NCBI GenBank assembly: GCA_031266255.1 | Contig: JAISBK010000113.1 | Coordinates: 1 to 43,311, forward strand | DNA: 43,311 bases | Reading direction: 5' to 3' | Origin: Treponema sp. | Lineage (GTDB): Bacteria > Spirochaetota > Spirochaetia > Treponematales > Breznakiellaceae | Shown: one piece after another, positions 27,463 to 34,472 of the stretch | Numbering within the stretch: position 1 is the stretch's first letter | Layout: each line of letters begins with the position of its first letter | Position numbers and translations under genes: made by a program | The notes under the pieces: model-generated | What the model was told of the DNA's origin: nothing | Database searches by the model: none | The model's input: only the letters and a program-made list of their open reading frames with translations

Positions 27463-27545
27463 TTTTTCTCGTGCTCTATGCGGCTTATGTAAAAAGTATC
27501 ATGGCCACTTGGCATTTACTGGTTCTTTTACTATAGTTGGAACTT

Positions 27546-29798
27546 ATGAAACGAAGATTAATCACTTCCGCGCTGCCTTATGTGAATAATGTGCCCCACT
27601 TGGGCAATCTTATCCAGGTTCTGTCAGCGGATGCCTTTGCCCGTTTTTGCCGGCTTAGAGGCTACGATACCCTTTATGTGTGTGGTACCGATGAATACGG
27701 TACTGCCACTGAAAATAGAGCTGCCGAAGAGGGGGTCAGCCCTCAAGCCCTCTGTGACCGGTATCATGCCTTGCATGCGGATATTTATCGCTGGTTTACC
27801 ATTGCGTTTGATAAATTTGGGAGAACTTCCACCCCAATCCAAACTGAAATCGTCCAAGATATCTTCAAAAGGCTTGATGCCCAGGGTCTTATTGTGGAAC
27901 ATACCATAGAGCAGCTCCACTGCGGCCCCTGCGACCGGTTCTTGGCTGATCGGTATGTCAGGGGAACCTGTCCTTACTGCGGGTATGCCGATGCACGGGG
28001 GGATCAGTGCGAGGCCTGCGGAAAACTCCTAGACCCCACTGAGCTTAAAGAACCCCGCTGTGCCCGCTGTGGTTCCACCCCCGCGCTGCAATCCACGCAG
28101 CACCTCTACCTGGATCTCCCGAAGATCAAGAACCGGCTGGAGGAATGGATTAAAACCGCTTCGGTCCAGGGCTTTTGGGCGCATAATGCGATTCAAATGA
28201 CCCATGGATGGATTCGGGATGGCCTTAGGGAACGAGCCATCACCCGGGACCTCAAGTGGGGTATCCCGGTACCCAAGTCAGGGTATGAGCACAAGGTCTT
28301 CTATGTCTGGTTCGACGCCCCTATCGGGTATATCTCCATCACCGGGAATCTGGGGGCGGAGACTACCCCGGATTGGCACGAGTTTGTGGATACCTGGTGG
28401 AAAAACCCCCATGAGGTGGAACTGTATCAGTTTATCGGGAAGGACAATATCCCGTTCCATACGGTGATCTTCCCCTCAAGCCTGCTGGGGGCATCTGGTC
28501 CTGAGGGGAGTGCAGATCAGTGGACCATGCTGTACCACATGTCCAGCACCGAGTATCTCAATTACGAGAGCGGAAAATTCTCCAAGTCCAAGGGGGTGGG
28601 CGTTTTCGGTACCGATGCCATGGAAACCGGTATAGCCCCGGATGTGTGGCGCTTCTATATCTTCTATAACCGGCCTGAAAAGGCGGACGCCCTCTTTACC
28701 TGGAAGGATTTCCAGGAGAAGGTGAACGGTGAGCTCATCGGCAATCTGGGAAACTTGGTGAACCGGACCTTGTCCTTTGTAAGCCGGTATTACGAGGGAA
28801 CCGTGCCGCAGGATGCAGGAAATCCGCAGTTCTGGGAAACCCTGAAGCAGTACGAACAGCAGATTACCGACAAATTGGAACGGGCAGAACTCCGGGATGC
28901 CTTTAGGCTGGTATTTGAGCTTGCCTCATTTGCCAACAAGACCTTTCAGGATGGAGAGCCTTGGCGGAAGCGGAAAACGGATCCGCCTGCAGCCGCGGCC
29001 CTTATCCGGGACCTTTGTTATGCGGTACGGGATATTGCGATCCTGATCGAGCCGTATATGCCCACTGCAGCGGAAAAGATCGCCTCATTTTTGGGGCTTT
29101 CCTTTAAGAAAGAAACCGGCGCGCGTCTCTCCTGGGAATTGCTGGGCCGAGATCAGGGCCTTTCCCGCGTGGAGAAGAGCGAGGTTCTGTTCCCTAAACT
29201 GGAAGACGAGTTGGTGGAAACCTTACGGGAACGGTACTCCGGGAGCCAGCAGGATCGGGCGGCGCGGCAAACCGCGCAAGAGGCCCCTTCGGTCTCTGCA
29301 CCCCCGGTTCCTGATTTCAGAGAAACCCTGGATTTACGGGTTGCCCAAATTATACGGGTTGAGCCGCATCCCAAGGCGGATAAGCTCTATATCGAAACCC
29401 TGGAAATAGCCGGGGAAGAGCGGGTTATTGTTTCTGGGCTTGCGCCCTTTTATACCCCAGAGGAACTGCTGGGTAAACGTATCATTGTAGCCTATAACCT
29501 CAAACCAGCAAAACTCCGGGGGGTGGAAAGCCGGGGTATGCTGTTGGCAGCGTCGATCACCGATGCAGCGGGCCATGAACAGGTGGAAGTACTGGATGCA
29601 GGGGAGACTCCTACAGGAACGGTGGTAGAACGTGAAGGAACCGAGCCGGGAACGCCGCCTCATGTAATTGATCTCAAGACGTTTCTTGCTATTCCCTTGA
29701 CCGTGGAAAACTATACCGTGATGTCCGGCGGCAAAGCCCTGCTTTTAGCGGGACATCCCTTACGGACGAAGGTGCTTGTATCAGGTGAGGTCCATTAG
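27546..29798 (+). CDS. metG: methionine--tRNA ligase with C-terminal tRNA-binding (EMAP-like) domain
   Basis: ITSALPYVNNVPHLGN (HIGH region), zinc knuckles CGPCD...CPYCG...CEACG...CARCG, KFSKSKG (KMSKS), C-terminal LDLRVAQIIRVEPHPKADKLY. Confidence 0.95.
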   Translation: MKRRLITSALPYVNNVPHLGNLIQVLSADAFARFCRLRGYDTLYVCGTDEYGTATENRAAEEGVSPQALCDRYHALHADIYRWFTIAFDKFGRTSTPIQTEIVQDIFKRLDAQGLIVEHTIEQLHCGPCDRFLADRYVRGTCPYCGYADARGDQCEACGKLLDPTELKEPRCARCGSTPALQSTQHLYLDLPKIKNRLEEWIKTASVQGFWAHNAIQMTHGWIRDGLRERAITRDLKWGIPVPKSGYEHKVFYVWFDAPIGYISITGNLGAETTPDWHEFVDTWWKNPHEVELYQFIGKDNIPFHTVIFPSSLLGASGPEGSADQWTMLYHMSSTEYLNYESGKFSKSKGVGVFGTDAMETGIAPDVWRFYIFYNRPEKADALFTWKDFQEKVNGELIGNLGNLVNRTLSFVSRYYEGTVPQDAGNPQFWETLKQYEQQITDKLERAELRDAFRLVFELASFANKTFQDGEPWRKRKTDPPAAAALIRDLCYAVRDIAILIEPYMPTAAEKIASFLGLSFKKETGARLSWELLGRDQGLSRVEKSEVLFPKLEDELVETLRERYSGSQQDRAARQTAQEAPSVSAPPVPDFRETLDLRVAQIIRVEPHPKADKLYIETLEIAGEERVIVSGLAPFYTPEELLGKRIIVAYNLKPAKLRGVESRGMLLAASITDAAGHEQVEVLDAGETPTGTVVEREGTEPGTPPHVIDLKTFLAIPLTVENYTVMSGGKALLLAGHPLRTKVLVSGEVH

Positions 29799-30928
29799 TG
29801 CGGCTCAATAGAGGAGCGGTCTCAGGAAAAAACGGTCTTTCCCTTCCTGGGCAGTACCTGAGGAGCATCCTGCCTACTGATCTCGCGCAATGTAACCAGG
29901 CGAATTCCTTTTTGCAGTCAGGGTGTTGGGGCAGTTTTAAGGCCCGGTTCGGCTGGAATGCCCGGGCATTTCTTGCCGACTGGGGGGAATGGGGGACAAG
30001 GCCCTTACTGTTGATACGGCGGCGTTTAGGGCCCTGGTTTTCCTTTGCGTATATACCCTGGGGACCGGAGTTACCCGAAGACTTTCCGGTCCAAGATGAG
30101 GCCCGGAATCAGGCCCTCAAGGAGCTTGCCCAAGCCTTACATGCCTTCCTGCCGGCGAATACCGCCTTTATCCGGTTTGATCCTCCCTGGTATACTGAAG
30201 GCCCTGAAACTACCCGGCCCCCGATCCATCTTCCTTTTTCTCCTGCAGGAGCAGATGTACAGCCTGCGGACACGGTATTGGTGGACCTTACCGGTTCTGA
30301 AGAAACCATACTCAAAAAGATGAAAAGTAAATGGCGGTATAACATACAGCTTGCCCATAGAAAGGGAGTCCTGGTGCGACAGGCCGGGGAAGAGGAACTG
30401 GACCGGTTTTATGAACTGCTCAAAGAGACGGCAAAACGGGACGGCATCGCCATTCACGGCAGTGAATATTATACCACCCTCTTTATCCATTGCCGGGATT
30501 ATGCTGAGGGGCAGAACGGGGAAGGACTCGATCTCCGGCTGTACCTGGCGGAACATGAAGGGGACTTTTTAGCTGCGGTGGTGGTCCTATTCCGGGGAAA
30601 CACCGGGGTGTATCTGTATGGGGCATCTTCGGATCAGAAGCGAAACCTCATGGCCCCCTATGCCCTTCAATGGAAGGCCATGAAGGATGCTCAAGCCCAG
30701 GGCTGTAAAGTTTATGATCTCTTTGGCATACCCCCTGCCGAAGATCCGCATCATCCTATGGCAGGGCTTTACCGATTCAAGACCGGTTTTGGAGGCCGTA
30801 TTATCCATCGTCCAGGAAGCTGGGATTATACCTACCGTCCCCTGGTAAGGCGGGTGTTTAACAGCCTTGAAGCCCTAAGGAAAGGGCTTCGGACGTGTAA
30901 GCGAAAGCTGCGAAAGGGCAAGCACTAA
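29798..30928 (+). CDS. FemAB-family peptidoglycan bridge-forming aminoacyltransferase
   Basis: FLQSGCWGSFKARFGWNA...KSKWRYNIQLAHRKGV...YLYGASSDQKRNLMAPYALQWKAMKDA...YDLFGI...GLYRFKTGFGG. The GTG start overlaps the metG stop codon. Confidence 0.8.
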   Translation: MRLNRGAVSGKNGLSLPGQYLRSILPTDLAQCNQANSFLQSGCWGSFKARFGWNARAFLADWGEWGTRPLLLIRRRLGPWFSFAYIPWGPELPEDFPVQDEARNQALKELAQALHAFLPANTAFIRFDPPWYTEGPETTRPPIHLPFSPAGADVQPADTVLVDLTGSEETILKKMKSKWRYNIQLAHRKGVLVRQAGEEELDRFYELLKETAKRDGIAIHGSEYYTTLFIHCRDYAEGQNGEGLDLRLYLAEHEGDFLAAVVVLFRGNTGVYLYGASSDQKRNLMAPYALQWKAMKDAQAQGCKVYDLFGIPPAEDPHHPMAGLYRFKTGFGGRIIHRPGSWDYTYRPLVRRVFNSLEALRKGLRTCKRKLRKGKH

Positions 30929-31046
30929 AGGACGGGGAGCTTTGAGGATTTTCCGTGGAGACGGAAGTCTGGGAGAACAAGCCCTGCATACAGCTGGTTA
31001 AACCAATTAAACATATAATCATAAATACTTTAGAAAGGAACATGGT

Positions 31047-31385
31047 ATGTTTTATTATTATCTTTGTGCATTTTTTACATTAGTGAGTTCTGCGGTTAGT
31101 TGTGGCTTCTCTATAGAAGCCTATTTAAAATCAAAATTACAAAAAGATATATCTTTTACCCATGCTCAGTATGCTATGTCGAGAAGTTTTTCATTATTTT
31201 TTGTTGCAATTGGATTGTTTATATTTATTTCTAATGCATATTTGATAGCACTATCAGTAGTTATGATTGGGATTCAATTATTTGATGGTATTATCGGCAT
31301 TAAAATAAACACTTTCAAAACCATTGGACCTATACTGACAGCTATAGGAAACGCTATTGTATTGATACTATTTCTCATGAAATAG
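31047..31385 (+). CDS. small integral membrane protein (about four hydrophobic segments)
   Basis: 112 aa, SD AAAGGAA. Hydrophobic stretches FFTLVSSAV, FSLFFVAIGLFIF, LIALSVVMIGIQL, ILTAIGNAIVLILFL. Family not confidently recognised. Confidence 0.55.
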   Translation: MFYYYLCAFFTLVSSAVSCGFSIEAYLKSKLQKDISFTHAQYAMSRSFSLFFVAIGLFIFISNAYLIALSVVMIGIQLFDGIIGIKINTFKTIGPILTAIGNAIVLILFLMK

Positions 31386-31435
31386 GGGTTAATAAAAGTA
31401 AAGAAAAATAGCATATAAAGTAAAAAACCTGGGCA

Positions 31436-31497
31436 TAACGAGGCGGTCGAATTAATCTGTTTTAAGGCCTTTGGGCACTATATATAGCGGTTGTTCG
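31436..31497. repeat. intergenic repeat element, copy A
   Basis: Contains GTCGAATTAATCTGTTTTAA (31446-31465), identical to 32464-32483. Also TATATAGCGGTTGTTCG (31481-31497), which differs by one base from 32531-32547. Confidence 0.8.
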
Positions 31498-31508
31498 GCT
31501 ACTATATA

Positions 31509-31537
31509 TTGACATAAAAAAATGAATAGAATATTAT
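31509..31537 (+). promoter_or_regulatory. sigma-70 promoter of the CN-hydrolase gene
   Basis: TTGACA (31509-31514), a 17-nt spacer, TATTAT (31532-31537). SD AAGGAAGGAA lies before ATG 31563. Confidence 0.55.
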
Positions 31538-31562
31538 ATTGGTGTAAGGAAGGAAATAAAAC

Positions 31563-32456
31563 ATGGACAAATTTAGGGTCGCGTTGCTTCAATTAATACC
31601 AACAAACAATCAAAATGAAAATTTGGAAAAAGGAATAAAATATTGTAAGTTAGCTAAAGAATTAGGAGCCGATCTTGCCCTTTTCCCGGAAATGTGGAAT
31701 ATAGGGTATATCTTTCCTTTGGAAAATATACATGAATGGATGGAAAATGCAATAGATATAAACAGTAAGTTTATAAAAACATTTCAAGAAGAAGCAAAAA
31801 TATTGAATATGGCAATAGGCATTACCTATTTAGAAAAATGGCCTAATTTACCAAGAAATACTTTGTCAATAATAGATCGTTTTGGAAATTGTGTTTTAAC
31901 GTATGCAAAAATACATACTTGTGATTTTGATAATGAAATACATTTAACGCCTGGAGATGATTTCTACGTTACAAACCTAGATACTGAAAATGGAGAAATA
32001 AAAATAGGTGCGATGATTTGTTATGATAGAGAATTTCCCGAAAGTGCAAGGATATTAATGCTAAAAGGAGCTGAAATTGTATTAGTACCTAATGCATGTC
32101 CCATAGAAATAAATAGAAAAAGCCAGTTAAGAACGAGGGCCTTTGAAAATATGATAGGTATAGCAATGACAAATTATGCAGGTGGAAAAGTTGATTGTAA
32201 TGGACATTCATTAGCCTATGATGGTATAGTATATAGAGAAGTAAGTCCAAATACTTTTGAATCAAGAGATACATTAATTATTGAAGCTGGTGAAGCAGAA
32301 GGGATTTATATAGCAGAATTTAATATTGAAAATATTCGGAAATATAGAAAGAAAGAAGTGTGGGGGAATGCATATAGAAAACCAAATAAATATGCGATCA
32401 TAATTTCTGAAAAAATAGAAGAACCATTTATAAGAAATAATACTCGTTTTGCCTAA
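31563..32456 (+). CDS. carbon-nitrogen hydrolase (nitrilase superfamily) protein
   Basis: LALFPEMW (catalytic Glu), YAKIHT (Lys), GAMICYDREFPE (Cys). 297 aa. Confidence 0.85.
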   Translation: MDKFRVALLQLIPTNNQNENLEKGIKYCKLAKELGADLALFPEMWNIGYIFPLENIHEWMENAIDINSKFIKTFQEEAKILNMAIGITYLEKWPNLPRNTLSIIDRFGNCVLTYAKIHTCDFDNEIHLTPGDDFYVTNLDTENGEIKIGAMICYDREFPESARILMLKGAEIVLVPNACPIEINRKSQLRTRAFENMIGIAMTNYAGGKVDCNGHSLAYDGIVYREVSPNTFESRDTLIIEAGEAEGIYIAEFNIENIRKYRKKEVWGNAYRKPNKYAIIISEKIEEPFIRNNTRFA

Positions 32457-32558
32457 CGATACTGTCGAATTAATCTGTTTTAATGTCTTTGATCACTCCA
32501 AATAGCGTATAATCAACTAAAAATACACTGTATATAGCGGTTATTCGAATGATTAGGG
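32454..32558. repeat. intergenic repeat element, copy B (longer; imperfect terminal inverted repeat)
   Basis: Starts with the TAA stop of the CN-hydrolase gene. It shares the 20-mer and 17-mer blocks with copy A. The ends CCTAACGATACTGTCGAAT and ATTCGAATGATTAGG are partly complementary. Confidence 0.8.
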
Positions 32559-32760
32559 ATGAATTCAACAGTCTCAGCCGCCTTACGGCGGATCCGGGAT
32601 TCCATTCGCCTAGGTCGACTGCACCTCTCACACCTCCCTCCATCCACATTTTTGCAGCCCTGGGCTGGCAAAACCTCATACGGATTTTTTTACCCCAAAT
32701 TTGTCGTCGTACCGTGTGCTATCCTTAGCGTGGGCAATTTTATAAAATGCTTAATACAAT

Positions 32761-34122
32761 TTATTCCTTATACATGATTGCCGTAGGTTCATTTGAAATA
32801 ACCTGTCTTTTTATTTTAAAATAAATAATACAAAGTATTATCGAAAACACGGTTGAAATTGGCGGAGCAAACCCAATTTGTAACATAGAAACTTCCGGTA
32901 TTTTACTAACAAAATAGGAAAAGGGAATACGCACAAGAAATGCGGAAAGCATGCCTTGAACCAAAACAAATACCGTGTTTCCACAACCATTAAAATAACC
33001 TATAAAACAAAACAAAAAACAAACAAGAACACAGTCAATGGAATAGGATTTCATGTATTCCGCGCAAGCCGCGATTACTTCAATGTCGTTTGAAAATATT
33101 CCTGCAAGAATGTGACCATACCAAAATGAAAAAACAAAACAGATAATCCCAAAAATAAGAGAAGAACTTATAGCATAATACATGCCTTTTTTTGCTCGTT
33201 CAGATTTATGTGCGCCAATATTCTGAGCTGAAAACGTTGATACCGATGACATATACGACATCGGTATCAACATAATAAATATCGCAATTTTCTCATTAAT
33301 ACCAATTGCCGCAGATGCAACGAGCCCAAGGGAATTTACAATTGCTGTAATAATGAGAAAAGAAAGATTGGTTAACATATCTTGAAAGGCAAGGGGAGTA
33401 CCAAACTTTAATATGTTTGCAATTTCCATTGGATGAAACCGGATACTTTTTCTTGAGAAGGTAAATGGTAAGCCTTTTGTCTTAATTATTATAAGCGATA
33501 ATATGACGCTTATGGCTTGCGCAAAAACGGTTGCAATCGCTGCACCTGCGGCATCAAGATTAAAAATACCTACCAGTAATAGATCTCCTATAATATTTAC
33601 AAAACAGGCAATAGCTACAAAAAAAAGCGGTAATTTTGAATTTCCAATTCCTCTGAAGATTCCGCTTATTAAATTATATGCCACAATAAAAACAGTTCCT
33701 GCCGAACAAATCAAGATATATTGTATTGATTTATCAAATGCCACTTCAGGAGTATGCATTAATTTCACTATAGGTGTTACAAATACCATCATGATTATAG
33801 TAACGATAACTGCCACTACTGCAAACAAGCATATTGATGCACCTACCGTTCTTTCAGCTTGTTTAGTTTGTTTTGCGCCCATTATTTGTCCAATCATTAT
33901 TGTTGTGCCCATAGTAAGTCCGGTAATAATACCGGTAATGGTCTGCATGACTTGGCTGCCGATTGCTACGGCTGAGATACTTGAAGCATCACCGAAATGA
34001 CCAACTACCATTAAATCAACTGCCCCATACATAGCCTGCAAAAAAATTGCAAATAAAATAGGAACCGTAAATTTTATTAAGGGAAAAAAATAGCCACCTT
34101 TTGTAAAATCAAAGCTTTTCAT
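32761..34122 (-). CDS. MATE family efflux transporter
   Basis: 453 aa with 12 predicted hydrophobic helices. N-terminus ...ILFAIFLQAMYGAVDLMVVGHFG and overall repeat organisation are typical of NorM/DinF-type MATE proteins. Confidence 0.88.
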   Translation of the reverse strand: MKSFDFTKGGYFFPLIKFTVPILFAIFLQAMYGAVDLMVVGHFGDASSISAVAIGSQVMQTITGIITGLTMGTTIMIGQIMGAKQTKQAERTVGASICLFAVVAVIVTIIMMVFVTPIVKLMHTPEVAFDKSIQYILICSAGTVFIVAYNLISGIFRGIGNSKLPLFFVAIACFVNIIGDLLLVGIFNLDAAGAAIATVFAQAISVILSLIIIKTKGLPFTFSRKSIRFHPMEIANILKFGTPLAFQDMLTNLSFLIITAIVNSLGLVASAAIGINEKIAIFIMLIPMSYMSSVSTFSAQNIGAHKSERAKKGMYYAISSSLIFGIICFVFSFWYGHILAGIFSNDIEVIAACAEYMKSYSIDCVLVCFLFCFIGYFNGCGNTVFVLVQGMLSAFLVRIPFSYFVSKIPEVSMLQIGFAPPISTVFSIILCIIYFKIKRQVISNEPTAIMYKE

Positions 34123-34133
34123 AACAAACTTTC

Positions 34134-34188
34134 TTCAAAAAAAGGCCGGATAAAATACCGGGCGACACCCGACATCTTATCCGGCCTT
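34134..34188 (-). terminator. intrinsic terminator inside the 5' leader of the MATE gene (attenuator or riboswitch expression platform?)
   Basis: Minus strand reads AAGGCCGGATAA, a 23-nt loop (with inner CGGG/CCCG), TTATCCGGCCTT, then TTTTT, ending 14 nt before the ATG. Confidence 0.7.
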
Positions 34189-34225
34189 GTAATTGCGATT
34201 ACACGCCCTCCGATGAACTTTTTAA

Positions 34226-34254
34226 AATATACTATTTTGTTTTTTCCTAGTCAA
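34226..34254 (-). promoter_or_regulatory. sigma-70 promoter of the MATE leader
   Basis: Minus strand reads TTGACT (34254-34249), a 17-nt spacer, TATATT (34231-34226). The predicted leader is about 95 nt. Confidence 0.6.
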
Positions 34255-34437
34255 TAATTTAACGTAATATTACAGAAACACGGTCCGTCGTTATCATTAT
34301 CATAGCTTATCCTCAGCGGTTTTATCCGTTTCCTTAGCTTCCGGGAATCAAACCCTTGCCCCCAAGAGCAAACACCCCGCCACTAGAAACAGGAACGAAG
34401 GGACGTACGCCCCACCCTTTACCACGCGGAAATCACG

Positions 34438-34466
34438 TTGCCCACCGCAGGTGCTTGTAGTATAAT
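34438..34466 (+). promoter_or_regulatory. candidate sigma-70 promoter abutting the xdhA start codon
   Basis: TTGCCC (34438-34443), a 17-nt spacer, TATAAT (34461-34466). The ATG at 34473 is 7 nt after the -10 box. Confidence 0.4.
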
Positions 34467-34472
34467 GGAAAG

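Larger units (their letters stand above)
30990..34260. other. AT-rich accessory island 1 (three cargo genes with their own sigma-70 promoters)
   Basis: Composition drops by eye from about half GC to about one-third GC at roughly 30990 and returns at roughly 34260. It is interrupted by a GC-rich patch at 32559-32745. No integrase or transposase is present. Confidence 0.6.

Noticed and set aside
32705-34290. Imperfect inverted repeat CGTCGTACCGTGTG (32705-32718) / AACACGGTCCGTCG (34277-34290) bracketing the MATE gene
   Set aside because: It is only an 11/14 match. A back-of-envelope estimate gives about one such match by chance when two about 200-nt flanks are compared, so it is not evidence for terminal repeats.
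34330-34420. CCGGGAATCAAACCC (reverse strand GGGTTTGATTCCCGG) as a possible tRNA 3' remnant or att site at the island 1 border
   Set aside because: The T-stem is not complementary and no acceptor stem or CCA context is present. It cannot be told apart from chance without comparison to the genome's tRNA genes.
34261-34472. Purine (guanine/xanthine) riboswitch upstream of xdhA
   Set aside because: There is no UAUAAU...UAUGG...CUACCGGG...CCGACUA-type three-way junction signature, and the region is unstructured by eye.
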